A stretch of 64,000 bases of DNA from Amoebophrya sp. A120 (taxonomy: Eukaryota; Protista; Dinoflagellata). This document shows, piece by piece, positions 37,988 to 50,856 of the stretch; the stretch's first letter is position 1; the number at the start of each line of letters is the position of its first letter. Where the stretch lies: NCBI GenBank assembly GCA_905178155.1, contig CAJINV010000015.1:1-64000 (forward strand), read 5' to 3'. The position numbers and the translations under genes were made by a program. A model generated the notes under the pieces. It saw only the letters and a list, made by a program, of their open reading frames with translations, did not search any database and was not told the DNA's origin.

Positions 37988-40900
37988 CTACTCCCCCATG
38001 TCCACATCGGGGTCGGCACCCGGTTGTTTCTCCCGCTTTTCATCTCTCCGGACCCCACCAGTCCGCGCCGCCTCGTCGCCTTCCCCACTGTCCTATGCAT
38101 TGCAAATATGTCTGGGTCTGGAACGTAGAGCTTTGTCATGCACGTTTTGCATGGGCCATGACATCTGTGATGTATGTTTAGCATCACAAATTTTCTTAAG
38201 GCATCTTTATGCCCATTCCGCATGACAAATGCCCCGTCCGCGTAAGTAGCAAAAAGTGGATTCCTTTTGCTGCTGATGCAACACAGATTTTTCTAGAATC
38301 CAAATGCAGCATGACAAGTTGCACTTTTCAAGACCTAGACGTATTTGCAGTGCATACGTCCTCGCTATCCGTACTCGATGAAAAAACCGCGCACTCTTCC
38401 ATGTTCCGCTGCTCGAGTCTCTGGAAGGTTTTGTAGTACTTCAACAGGTTCATGTATCGTGAGAAAAAACTGTTTCACTGTCAAAAACTTGTGATGCAGA
38501 AAGTGTATTGCAGAAGTGTCTGTGTTGCTACACATGCAAGACATTGGAATTCCAGACGTGTTTTTCCTGAGGAACCTCGCATGGCAAATTTTCTTCATCA
38601 TGTAGACACCAAACTTGTGATGCAAGACTTGCAAAGTGCTTACAGTGAGACACGTTTTTCGTACGATATCATGGATTTCAGCTTTGTAGGTGTGTTTCCC
38701 TGCTCTTCCGGCGCTCCTCCTTGTCCTTCACCCTGCGGCTGGAGCAAATTTTTTGTCACGTGTGACTTGTGTTCCTGCAACTTCAGCGAGTCGATGAAAA
38801 GTGAGTGGAAACCGCTGGGCATCCGGACGGGAATTTTGATGCGGGTGATCGGGTATCAAGTGTAAAAATGTCTGGGACTGGAAGATTGGAACTTGTGATG
38901 CTAACTTTGGACTCTAGAGAAATCTGTATTGCACGACCAGCAAGAGGAGTCTAGTTTGTGCTACGCAGGGAGTTCGTTTGTCATGCGGAGTAGGCATCAG
39001 GAAGCCAGCTCAAAATCTGTGATGCGCGGTCGTGCATTACAGACATCCTGGGTCACGCAAAACATGCATGACAAATCTCAGAATCTTCCAGACCCAGACA
39101 CTTTTACATTTGATATCGGGTCTTTGTAGGAATCGGGGTTTTTCGCAATGAACTCCCCCGACACGTTATCGTACGAAAAAAGTGTTTCACTGTAATGATC
39201 TTGCAAGTTTTGCATCACAGGTTTGTAGTTCTACATCACAGGGAAAATTTGCCATGCGAGACTCCTATGGGAAAACACAGCTAAAAATCCATTGTCTTGC
39301 ATGTGTAGCAAGAGAAACACTTTTCAGATGCATTTTCTGCATTACAAGTTTACAGTGAAACGGTTTTTTCTTTGCATACACGTCCCAAATCATGAACTCG
39401 TTCTCCTTTCCCTATCCACAGTAAATTTCCTGTACACGTACAAATGCTGTCTCTGCATGACAAAATTTGCCTTCAATCCTAGTCTAGCATGACAAGTTGT
39501 ACACTGCAACTTAGCAAAATTTGTCATGCATTTTGTACATGTACGGGAAATTTACATTGCATATTCCGTCCAACGAGTGCACGAATCCCATAACGTAGCC
39601 GTCGTCCTCTGCCTGAAAATCCGCTGGTGAAGAACCCTGAGGACCTGCAGCAACTGCACCTTTACCATCCCGAAACTTCGGCTCGAAGTACATCTCCCCG
39701 CACCGCTGGTTTGGCCAGTCCGGCAGTTTGTAAAACGCGACCGCGGTTTGTTCTTCCAGGTCGTATTTCACGAAACCTTCAAAATCAAACCCCGCGGCCG
39801 GTTTCTTCGCGCGTCGCGCCTTCGTGGCGGGCGAGTTGACCTGCTTCTCCGTCGCACCGGTGGCCCGGTCAGCCGCGGGAAAGGTGGTCGCGCCGTAGAA
39901 GTACCGGTTTTTCTTTCCGGTGAATCTTTCGTTGATGCGTGGGAACTCCACCCCCATCAAACCCGGGCGGATAATCTCGCCCAACGCGGCGGTTTGCTCT
40001 TCTTTGGTTGTCGCGGGGAAGGGAAAAGATCTCGCAAGGCCCGTTTCGCTGAAGTACAGTGGTAAAATCTCCATGCTGACGTTTTCCTCACCTTCTGCTT
40101 TGTCCAGATGAAATACGAATTTCGTCAACTGCGGCACAAACGGGGTCGGCTTGCCATTCGGCGGCTTGTCATCTTCTTGTGTAGTGGTCTTTGATGCGCC
40201 AGCACCGGCTCCTCCCTGCTCCTTGTCCTTCCCTTTCTTGCTCCCACCGAGCTCCAGGCCGAGGTCCAGATTGAAATTCTGGTGAAACGCGCACCCGTAG
40301 GCGACGATGACGGCTTTTCCGTCCGCATCCAGCTCTTCCCACGCGTTCACAAAGTGGAACACCTGGTGCGCGCCGGGGATCTTGAACCAGCGAATGTTCT
40401 CATTGTTCTTCCCTGCCGAGTCCGCGGATTTCGGTAAAACGCCGTAATACGCGTTGCAACCGTTGTCGAACTGGTAGGGCGACTTGCCCTCGGCACACTT
40501 CTGGCCGTCGAAGAACAGCGGGAGGTAGGGGAAAACGACAAAATTCTTCGTGATCAGCGAGTCGTGCATCATCACCGGCTTATTCACAACCGCTTCGTCC
40601 TCGCCGACGTCATATGCAGCGAAAAAACAAGTGTCGCACTCGTATTAATCGCAATCATGCATGACAAATCTTGTTTTCTTCCTGAATCAGCATGACAAAC
40701 TTGAGTTTTCTTCATGCAAAAATTTATCATGCGACTTATACCAGTACGATCATTTTGTAATGCATACATCCACGGTCTTGACAATTTTCCCGGTCTCGCC
40801 ACTGATCACGGAGTAGGACAGGTACGGTGGCGCGGTGATGTGGTAGGCGAAAACGTACATGTCATTGGTGTCCGGATCAATCTTCGGATGCGCGTGCATC

Positions 40901-43900
40901 GCGTGGTTGAGCTGGGAGGGCGGGTTCTGAATTTCCTCGTTCACTGAGGATTCAACACCTGCTGCATCACCACTCTTTCCTGCACTGTCACTGCTCGTCT
41001 TCACCATTTTCCTCCCCGTCGCAAAGTCGTGGAACCCGATGGAAAACAACTCTTTGGGCCGGACAGTGGTTGTCGTTTCGTTCGCATCAACCACCGGCCT
41101 CTGGAATTTCTCGTCCCGAGTCCTCTCCGGAAACGGGGCATCCACCGCGAGCGGAAACTCCGGAATCTCGTTGTCGGGAAGGAAAGTACGGTCGCCGAAT
41201 TGTCGCCCGGAGAGGCTTCTAATCTTCGTCTTTTCATCCAATAAGTCCTCACCGGTGTAAGAAGCGGCAACTGTCTTCGAGTCGGCTGAAAACTCTCTGC
41301 TCTTGGTCTCATTTTCTACCCCAAAATCACCCCTTTCCTCTTCCACCGGAGCGAGGAATCTAGTGCTTGATTTGGATTTGGAACTTGTCCGCGGAGTGTT
41401 GGGCGGTTCCGAAGAAGTCGCGGTCTTTTCTGCTTTTCCCTTGCTCGTCAGGGTTGTGTTGAAGATTTTCTGGTCGAAATCAGAGTTATCGTCCGCTTCA
41501 TTTCCACCACCCGCGTTGGTTTCTTGCTCTACTCTGGTATGAAATGTAAAAATGTCTGGGTCTGAAAGATTCTGAGATTTGTCATGCATGTTTTGCATTG
41601 GCCATGATGTCTGGGATGCACGCCCTAGCATCACAGATTTTTTGAGGGTTTCGCGATGCCTATTCTGCATGACAAATGCCCTCTCCGCGTACCAAAAATT
41701 GCATTCCCTTTGCTGCTCATGCAATACAGATTTTTTTGGAATCCAAATTCAGCATCACAAGTTGCATTCTTCCAGACCCAGACATTTTTACATTTGATAT
41801 CCGGTCTGCAACAGCAATTTCCGCAAATCCGCAATTTCCTGGTCGATCATGGTGTCGGCATGTTAGTCCCGTGGAAAATCGTCACCAAGACCCTATGGTG
41901 CCGCCGCATCACTGCCCCTTTTTCTCATTCTGATTGGAGCATGACAAAATGTATACGATGAGCACTTCTGCAGAGTGCTGCTCATGGGTGGACTGCGCAT
42001 GACAGCTCGCTCGGGGCATGCAATTTGGCATGACAAAGACAAGCACAGGGTGTGGACGTTTTCAAATAGGATAATCTTCGTCCTCCTCCTCGAAGATCTC
42101 GAATTCCACATCTGATTCGTATCCTGAAGAAGAGCAGTGGCATAGAGCATATTTTTGTCATGCAAGACCACTATCGCAGAAATGCATACTGCAGGGAAAT
42201 CCCATGACAACATTCGGCTTCGAAAGCTGCAAATAGAAACCGATATTCGTTTTACGTAAAAGCGATTTTGCATGACAAATAGCATGAATATGTTCCCGAT
42301 TGTGCTCTTCCACGATAACTCTTCCAGCCGGTCCAAAAACTCTTGGTCCACCGGAAGCCCCGCTGCTTCTGCTTGGTCGAGCAGGGAAGCCGTCGTGGCG
42401 ATCGAGGTTAAGGAGGAAGGATTGCGTTTCAGCGGTTCCAGTGTGTCCAGTGGCTGGTCCTGAGTTAGGATGGACTGCTGGGGGGTTTCTCTCTCCAAAG
42501 AACCATCGTCCGCCGATAGTTCATTTTTCCGGTCCTCCCGCTTTTCAGACTCGCTGTAAGCCACTTCGAAGGGCAAGTTCGTTTCGTACAGCGCGAAAAT
42601 TTTCCCCTTGTGGTACGCCATGGCGGTGTTCGCCGTGCCGGCACGCAGCGGGTCGGACTCCAAGACGCCAAGTAGGGATTTCAAGAGCATTTCGTGGAGC
42701 AACAGTCGCGCAACGCCGTATCAAAAGGAGAAATCTTCCCTCCCCATATCGAAAACGAAATTTGTGATGCTGTATCTGAGTACACAAATCCATTTGTAAT
42801 GCTAGAACGCAAAGAGCCGTAGTCGTGGCCTCGTCTGCAGGCAATTTGTCATGCTGTTTTGCACTTCCACCTGCCTCCTGTCATGCTGAAGCTGCAAGGC
42901 TTTGTTCCCACACAAACCAGCACTACAGTCCGCATCTTTTACCTTCTAGCATGACAAATCTGATTTGTGACCACAAATCTGCATTACAGATTTCCGTTCT
43001 GATATATAGAGGGGGGATTTTTTTTCTTGATACGCCAATCCCGCCCCGCATCTCCCCCAGGCGGAGATACAGCAGTTCCCCGTTGGTCAAAACCTCCGTT
43101 TTCAGCTTCGGCGTTTCCAAAAGGCGGTTCCCGTATAACACCACCTCGCCGTTGTCAATTTCCAAATAGTGCACCATTCCATCCCCGTCGAATAAGTGAT
43201 GCATCCGTGCGTCCGTGGAGCAAACGGCATTCGGCCCCACGCGGCAGTACAGCCCCTTCAGGTCCTTCGGAATGGTGCCCGTGATCTCGAATTGTCCGGT
43301 CCGCCCCATCACGGTGACCTCCTCGTCGACGGGCGCGAACCGCCCCTCCAAAAACGGGTTCGACCGCATGGGCCCGGCCTCTTTCAGCTGCTGCGATTTC
43401 AATTCGTTCTCCAGGGCCAAAAACGCGCGGCACAGGCTCCGGCTCAGGTTGTCGGAACCCAACAGGGTGGTCTCACTGTCTATCAAATGCAAACGTGTCT
43501 GGGTCTGGAAGGAAGCATGGTTGTCATGACAAACTTTGTCATGCCTGTCTGGCATGACTCTCAAATCTGTCATGCAGGTTACCCAAGAGCATCATTTTTC
43601 TGTCACGCAGAAACGCAGTGTATCATGCAATATAGGCAACACCTAGAAGCTCAGAAACTTGTCATGCTGAGCCAGCACTTGTGGCCTCCGCATGATACGC
43701 CACCCAGCATCACAGATTTCCAGACCCAGACACATTTGCATTTGATACTGTCGTCGTCACTGCAGTTGACCCCCGCTTCGGTTTTGATCTCGTCCAGCAA
43801 AGCCTTGGCGAGCAGGTCTTCCTCGCTGAGCTCCGGATTAGTCTTGCGCAGCGCCAGGATGAAGTTCTCCTTCTGCGATATCGGTCCCATCGTGGCATCT

Positions 43901-45699
43901 GGTCGCCTTTGCGACGATTCGAAACCGCTGTCTCCGAGTTTGCCGCCCTCGAGCGTTTCCCCGAAGGGACCGCGGGACGTGTCTTGGCCGAACAAATTCA
44001 CGTTTTCGAAGCTGGTGGAAAAATGCAAGGCGTTCAGGAGCATGTAGTAAGCCTGCAAGGTTTGAAACAGGCTGACCAGCTCGGGGTGGCTGCTGCCGGC
44101 GGTTTGCAGGGACACGATGGAGTGCGGATCCGCTTGGATCAGCAAGGACAGTAGTAGCGGGGGCAGAACCCGGGGTCGGGCGTCGAAGTTAAATTTTCGC
44201 TGCAACTGTTCCTCTTCTAATTTCATTCTCTCCTCTTCCGACAACAGCTCCTTCTCCCACTCCGCAAGCCCGCTCCGCCCGTTTTCCTCCCCCTCCGCAG
44301 GCACCGATGACAACCTGCCGAAAAAGCCATTTGGCCCGCCCTTCGTCAAATACCCCAGCGGACGGAGGACTTGCTTCAAGAAGAACCGCTTAAACGCGAC
44401 GTAGCCGAGCCGGGCTTCGTAGTAGTACTGATCCTTGGTCCCGAACATGGTCGCTTTCTCCGCGCGGCTCAATGTTACCAGCCGCTGAACGAACAGCAAG
44501 GTCCGCTTGACAGCGCTGCGCAGCCGCCGGCGCCAGTCGTTCAGTTTTCGCTGCTCTTCGGGGCTCATCAGCGGCCGCTGATATGATTCAGACGGTGAAG
44601 CTGATGGAGAGTTGTCAACATCATCCTGTCGTTGCTCTTCCCGCGACCCTTTGCGAAAGTTTTGCGCAGTAAGATCACCCATTCTAATTTCCGGGTCCGC
44701 GTCCGTTCCCGCGATAGATTCCTCCACCACTTCTGCCTGCAGCGCAGCGCCAGTGGATCGACGGGTCGTAGAAGTGCCTGCACCTCCTGCAGCCGTGCTG
44801 CTAGAAGCTGCTCCAGTGGTAGAAGACGACGCTCCGAAGGCTGCACTTGTAGTCTTCCCACTCCCAGCGAGCTTGTCAGCAGAGCCTCCGGAAGTTGTAG
44901 ATTTCTCGGCGCATTTCCGGATCACTGCTTTATTTGGCGAAAAGGTGGAAGAAGCCGGGTGCGTGCCAACATTGGATGTTGTTCCTCCCCCACGATGTTT
45001 GCTCCGCCGGTTCTGCGCGCTCATCACCCGGGCGCCGCCACCGGGGGTTGATCTGCGGCCGACTAAAGCCGCGACTGTGGACGTGGCGAGCAGCTTGTGG
45101 ACAAACATCGAGGGCGGCGTCGCGGTCTGCTTCTTGCTGCCTTGTTTCGCACCACCCGCAGTCGGGCTGTCTTTTGCCAGGAAATGCTTGTATCTCATAT
45201 TGGTCTTTTTATTTACGCCAGATGGAGGAGAAGGGTCCTCAAAATTTTCTGCAGAACCTGTTTGCAGAACCTCCTCGTCATCCCTCCCTTCCGCAGACCC
45301 GCCAGCCTGCTTCCGCAAGCTACCGCCTGCCAGGGTTTGGTTTGACCCGGCATTGTTACTGCGTGCTCTCGAGGAGGTGGTGGAAGAGGTTGTGCCGTGG
45401 CCGGGCCCCAGCGCAAAGGCTTCCAGTCCGCCGGGCAGGTGCGGATACGGCTGCTCCCGCAGGGTCGGAGAGGAAGGCGCGAAACGGTGCACCGGAGAGG
45501 ATCCTTGCACGGGCGAGAAGTTGCCGCTGCGTAGTTTTCGCCGGCCCAAAACTCTGATAGGAGAAAAGGTGCTGGCGTAGATGAAAATTACCCAGAGCGC
45601 CAAAGCGCCAGGGTATCGAGTGGTTTTAGTTCCGGTTGAAAGTTGCATTTTGATTTTGATCGGCAATGGTCGCCACCGATCGCTGTGGTCTAGCTCCAC
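37988..45699 (-). CDS. Carotenoid cleavage dioxygenase / RPE65-family oxygenase with ~700-aa N-terminal extension; 12 exons
   Basis: NPFLEGRFAPV, GLYCRVGPN, HLFDGDGMVH, GTANT, the four iron-ligand His motifs (AHPKIDP, MMHD, FHFVNAWE, PSGFHSLF) and EFPRIN, EDDGYV. Frame is continuous after removing 11 introners; stop TAG at 37988. Start may be 45648. Confidence 0.92.
38094..38356. mobile_element. Introner family A
   Basis: TATGCATTGCAAATATGTCTGGGTCT TIR; flanks TGTCC/CGTCC. Confidence 0.9.
38455..38668. mobile_element. Introner family B
   Basis: Perfect TSD TCATG; opposite orientation to 39167-39378. Confidence 0.92.
38854..39115. mobile_element. Introner family A, reverse orientation
   Basis: Perfect TSD TCGGG; excision yields YKDP-I-TRIKIPVRMPSGFH. 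Confidence 0.93.
39167..39378. mobile_element. Introner family B
   Basis: Perfect TSD CACGT; frame restored (IWDV-SGEF). Confidence 0.92.
39413..39563. mobile_element. Introner family F
   Basis: ~35-bp TIR (GTAAATTTCCYGTACAYGTACAAA); flanks TTCCC/TTCCG. Confidence 0.9.
40613..40766. mobile_element. Introner
   Basis: TATGCA...TGCATA; flanks CGTCA/CATCC; frame restored (KTVD-V-GEDE). Confidence 0.8.
41538..41799. mobile_element. Introner family A
   Basis: ~30-bp TIR; flanks TCTGG/TCCGG. Confidence 0.92.
41865..42073. mobile_element. Degenerate E-like introner
   Basis: Flanks ATGTT/ATCTT; left end mutated; frame restored. Confidence 0.55.
42141..42290. mobile_element. Degenerate introner
   Basis: Inverted TTTGTCATGC/GCATGACAAA near the ends; frame restored with +5 nt. 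Confidence 0.55.
42719..43032. mobile_element. Introner family G
   Basis: ~50-bp imperfect TIR; flanks CGCCG/CGCCA; related to 60294-60615. Confidence 0.9.
43481..43747. mobile_element. Introner, family A TIR with second body
   Basis: Perfect TSD CTGTC; frame restored (DDD-S-ETTL). Confidence 0.93.
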
Positions 45700-47349
45700 T
45701 TAAGTAAGTCCGGCGTGGACTTTTAGCAATAAGAGTGCATGAAATAGTACTCGTTCTTGGCGTCGTCGAAAATTGCGACGCGATTCCTGTTCTTAACGTG
45801 TGTCGTAGTTTTGAAAATATCGAGATCCACACCCGACATAGACGTAGCGCAACGAACAAACTGTGTACAAAATGAAGTTGTATTTACATAAGGCTGTGTG
45901 GCAGGGCACGAACTCAGCAATGTACTTTCCTTTGTAGAAAAGTCAGAGATAATGCGTGGTGTCGCCGTTCCGAAATTGAGAGGGAGCACAACTAAACTCT
46001 TTTGATGAGTCAATAAATATTGCAAGCAGGAAGGAACGTGCAGGGAAAAGAACGAGCAAGGTGGAAGATATCTACCAGCAGTTACCTGTGGTCATTTTTC
46101 TGGTTTCGGTGCCAGAAGTGAGGAATAGGAAAAGGATATTTGTAGTTCTTTAGAAGAAGCTCCACAGCAATCGGATCAGAAAAGCGCGCATCAGTTCTTC
46201 TAAAAAAAAAAATGGGCAAAAAGAGCGCAAGACAGGTAGATGCGTAGCTCGAAAGATTCAAAAACTGGAAAGATGGCATTGCTCTGGTATTCGAAAAGGC
46301 ACGGCAAGCAAATTTTGATCTTGATCATCCTCGCTTCTGGTAGAAACATTTCATCTTGGATTTGCCGCGAGGTTTCAATGAACCGGAAAAACAGAACAGC
46401 AAAGTGTTGGACTTCTTACTGCTAGCTTGTGACTTTTCGTAAAAATGAGATGTCTCAACACATAGCTACTGCTCCACTCAGATGCTTTTCTTCCCGACTG
46501 CAAAAGATCCAGAAGAGTTACGGGCACTGTAGACGTCGGCGACAACATTGACATGATTCGGATTGTTCTGGTAGTACGAGCGACACTTTATTTCCTGCAC
46601 AACTGATGTATGATCGTCCGGCTTCTAGTTGTCCGATGCAGGAAGCGGAGCTTTTGTCTATCAATCGTTGAGGTACGTACTATTGGCGAGGCTGAAACAG
46701 CACCCAGTCATGCAAAACACTGATGAAAGAAGAGCGCCTTACATTTTTGGTGCATAGTCTACTTCTACTACTCAAGAGACAAAAAGATGTACTCACAAGT
46801 GGCTCATCTGAAAGACCGGACTTTGTTGCAAATACATTTGTGCTCTTTCAGTGGAAAAGAAGGTGGCAATCACACAACGGCTAGCTTATTGAAGGAACGA
46901 GTTACGTAATACGAGCGAGCATTTTTTCAACACCAAAAGCAGCTGTAGGGTTTTAGGATTTTATGGATGAGAGGATCAGCGTGGAGACTTCCGTCCTTCT
47001 TTTTTGCGTGGCACACAAAGCAACTACTGAAGTTACCACTTTGCACCGGAACGCGCACTGGATTCAACGTCTGTGTGCTGGATTTATCCTGAGACAAGAT
47101 CTGCCGATTGGGATTGCGTGTCGAGCTTTCATCAAATAATTTGTATGTTCTTTAGCGGACTCTGTGTGTTACGAAACAGCAGGAAAACATTTTGTGTATG
47201 CGTAGTATCTCACACGAAAACGAGAGGGCAAGAGCATAATCGTAGTCAATCGGAAGTGGGTGCGTCTGACGTCAATGTATTTGAAAGCTGAATGCTCCAA
47301 GGGCCGTTCCAGCCAGCTGCATCTAGCCGGTCTTTACCGGCGGGTGAGC

Positions 47350-47850
47350 TCACTTCTTGACTTTTTTCATAGTCCTCGAAGATTTCTTCGCCACCAGTGC
47401 ATTGTAGGCCAGCCGGGCTTCTTTCTGGTTCAGCTTGCTGGTTTTCCTTTTCAGCTGTTTTTTGTTGAAACCAGCCGCCTTGAGAACGGGGTACTTCTTG
47501 CCTTTCTTGATTTCGGCCATCAGAGTTGCGTAGTCCACCATCTTGGCGCCGCCGTTCTGCTGCCGATGCGCCGCAAGGAGTGCCTCATACTCCTTCACTG
47601 CCTCCTCGGTCCAGTATTTCTCACGCCGGTCCACCGCCTGCGGGTTCTGGTCTGCCGGAACCTGAATTTTTTGCGAAATTGGATTGTCGGAAGTGTCACC
47701 CTTGTCTTATCGAAACATCGAAACCTGGAAAAGTCCACCTCTAGGTCTAGAAGGATCGTGATATGACAATTTGTTATGCGAAATCGAATTAGACTTAAGT
47801 ACTTCCGGCTTCCCGAGAAGCATGCGCTTGAAGAGGCTAACGAGACCCAT
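47350..47850 (-). CDS. Small basic protein (119 aa), possible Myb/SANT-like helix and Lys-rich tail
   Basis: Exon 1 47803-47850 (MGLVSLFKRMLLGKPE), GT-AG intron 47662-47802, exon 2 47350-47661 (..KYWTEEAVKEYEALL..MKKVKK*). Confidence 0.7.
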
Positions 47851-49422
47851 CGTCAGTGGAGGTTTTTCTTGAAAAAGGGCGTTTTCGCGAATATGTAATG
47901 AAGTTTGAGTGTGAGTGAAAATCAAAAATAAATTGGTGGTCGCTGATAAGGAATGTGGAGAAATCGGCCCTGCTTGAGATCTTCGCTTGCCCTCCAGGGC
48001 GAGCAGCTTGATGCACCTATATAGAAAAATATACTTGTAGTTGGATCGGATATTCTTGATCCACTGTCTTGCGCCACCTGACTCTAAAGTCGAGCTTTGG
48101 AAGATCCCGGTGGATGGATCGGAAGATCTGTGAATGCAAATGTTGATCAATTTCTATGCAGACATGCTGGATCCTCTTCTTAATGCTGATGAGCCTGCTA
48201 TCTTGATCTTCTGCACCAACAGTTCTGTCTACTTCTCGTTTGTTGTTGCAGCGTCTGCCGCATAAGTACTTGCTGCTGTCATCAAAGACGCAATCGTTTT
48301 TGAACCGAAAGCAAATAATGCCACCGAAAGAGGGTTCTATAAAAGAATTGAAGACCGATGGGTAATGTGATTCCATGGGCACGTCGGTATGGAAAGCACA
48401 CGCGACGAAAAAGATCTCGAACATGGACGTGACCGAACGGTCCAATTAGGAGCTCTGCTAGCGCAGCCACAATAAAAAAAGAACTCTGCATCAATTATAA
48501 GCCGAGATAGACACCATCTTTTGGGAAGGAAGTTTTACTATCATGCGTGGGGATCGCATGACAAAAAGAAGTTCATCTTCGTCGTTCTTCAATTCAAAAT
48601 GCCATTGCAGCATTTTAGTTTTAGTACGAAGGAAAGAGTTCATGTGGGTACTGGATTTCCTTTGTTGATCAAATAACAAATGACTCATCTGTCCCATTCT
48701 ATTCTTACCCGGCTCTCACCCGGTCTCTTCTTACGTTTTCAAAAACTATCTTTGTGATATCTAATATTTGCCCTTTAGAAAAAAACTACGCTCCACCTCC
48801 CTTAGCTGTTGGTGGAAGTTTTCAGTTCTCTTCTATCCCGCAGACAAGTTGTTCTGTTCCAAAGTTGAGTTGTCGTGTGATCAAAACTGCGCTCCTTTGT
48901 TTTCCAAATTTTTCGTATTCTAAATCTTCTGCGACCGTTGAGTTTATTTCTTCACGGTCTTCTTGAGAAGTAAAAAGTAACTTGTTGCAATCGCTTTTTC
49001 TCTAACAATAAGCTATAGAATTCCTGAGAGTGATTAAGATTATTTCTTCGAAAGTGTCGCTAGTTGTGTGTCTTTTTTCTTCGCTTTCATCGTATCGATG
49101 ACTACATTCTTCCGCCTGTTCCGCTTTCTTGTTCCGCTTAAGTACTATGTTCTCGCAAGGTTTCATCTTGTCGTCTAGATTCTCGTTGAACCTTAAAATC
49201 ATCCTGGTCCTTCCGTCCCGCGTGCGCGGTCTGATTTGATTTTTGGTGAAGAATCCGAAAGAACTTTTCTATCCCTTCATACACATCTTTGATGTTGCGA
49301 TCAATCGAAATCGCATGATTCTCCGGCAGTGACAACATGCACACCGATAAATACATATACATTGCGAAAAGATGTACCACAAACGAAAGCGCCATTCCAG
49401 TTTTATCCACTTCGGTGTTCGC

Positions 49423-50856
49423 TCAGACCGCTCCGCAGATCTCGATCTGAGATAGCACCGCAGCGCCATCACCGTACGCCTCATGCCATTTTTATCATGC
49501 GGGAAAATTAAGCTATGGTATGCTTAGCGGGTTTGTCATGCAATTTGGCTTCATTTCTCGCCCCCACAATTCATCCCTTGCTCGCCTCTAGGAGGCCCCA
49601 GAGCTGGAGTATGCAAAACTGCTGCTGGCCTGAATCAGGTCTTTCTCAAGGAAGTCTCTTCATGTTTTCATGCATGATAGATTCAGCATACCAAGCTACA
49701 TTTTCCCCACTCATACTTCCGCAACGGCTTTCTTCTTCTCCGCACAAAACACGTGCTTCGTGTTCACTATGGAATGCAAATATCGATCCGGGTCCGGAAT
49801 AAACTTGTGATGTTATTGTGTTGATGGTACGCACTCTCCTCTTTGGGGCCATGCGTGACAAGTTTTTGAGTTGCTGTGTCTTCCGTATCCCGCATGAGAA
49901 ATCGCTTCATTGCATGACAAAGAGGCGCGCGAGGCTGTTGTATCACAACAGGCATGACAAGTTTCATTTCTCTCCTGGCAACCAAGCACGACAAACTCTG
50001 TGCTACTCCAGATCCAGATACTATATTCGCATCTGATATGCACCTTGTACTTCCAGATTCTTTCGCGCTCCGCTTTCTCGATCGCGGCCTTCCTTTCCGC
50101 CTCGAAATCGCGTCCCTGCCAGTAGATCTGAAACAGCGTTTTCAGCAGTTCCACCACCGCCGCCACGCCCCTATGCATTGCAAGTATATCTGGATCTGGA
50201 AGAATGCAAATCTGTGATGCTGATGCGGGAACAGGCAAAAATCCGTGCTGCATAGAAAGCAAAACATAGGCGCTTTATTGCTTTCGGTAGGACATTTCTG
50301 ATGCAGATTACGCATGTAGATTGTAGAAGTCCTCTTCGCAGTAGAGTTTGTCATGCTCTGTGTGCATTTCAGGTTTCCTTTCAGCTGCAAAAAATGCAAG
50401 ACAAGTTTCCAGATCCAGAAAGAACATTTGCATTCGATACCCCCGGATCCGCATCAATTCTTTCAAAGTTTCCACGACGGAGGAAAATTTCTTGGCGCGC
50501 GGCAACTCCTTCAAAATCTTCACCAAAACCTCCCGGACGGGCAGATAATATTCGTCCGGAGGCTGTTCTTGCACCATGTTCCGTTCGTTGCGCTTTTTCC
50601 GCTTTTTGCACTCGGAAAAGTAGCTTTTTCCTTCCTGCACATTGATCTTCATATTGATCACTTCGATATTCGTAGGCGAGAGGGGATAGCAATCGGAGTC
50701 ATCCTCCTCAAGACCGCTGTCGTCCATCTTCCCAAAAAAATGGTCAAGCGAAGAGAAAGGCTGCGTCATGACGTAAGTAGTTTGTTCTTCGTATGATTTT
50801 TCCGATAAACTCTGCTTTTCGACCGCTTGTAACATATAAGGTGGGCTTGAAGTCAA
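49423..50856 (-). CDS. Hypothetical protein, 4 exons; start uncertain
   Basis: Frame continuous after removing elements at 50172, 49768 and 49493 (MRIRG-VAAVVELLK...WKYKV-TKHVF). Confidence 0.65.
49493..49715. mobile_element. Introner family D
   Basis: TATCATGCGGGAAAATTAAGCTATGGTATGC / GCATACCAAGCTACATTTTCCCCACTCATA; TSD decayed. Confidence 0.75.
49768..50038. mobile_element. Introner, A-like
   Basis: A-type TIR; flanks TTCAC/TGCAC. Confidence 0.85.
50172..50439. mobile_element. Introner, A-like
   Basis: A-type TIR; flanks GCCCC/CCCCC. Confidence 0.88.

Noticed and set aside
37988-43747. Fragmented genes explained by pseudogenisation, stop-codon reassignment or ribosomal frameshifting
   Set aside because: Stops fall within the TIR elements or introns; reconstructed exons are open in the standard code with catalytic residues intact.
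46945-46967. Interstitial telomere-like AGGGTTTTAGGATTTTATGG
   Set aside because: Too short and degenerate to distinguish from chance.
48017-49410. Possible gene from ORFs 49138-49410, 49002-49202 and 48017-48445
   Set aside because: Frames do not join convincingly and no motif is recognisable.
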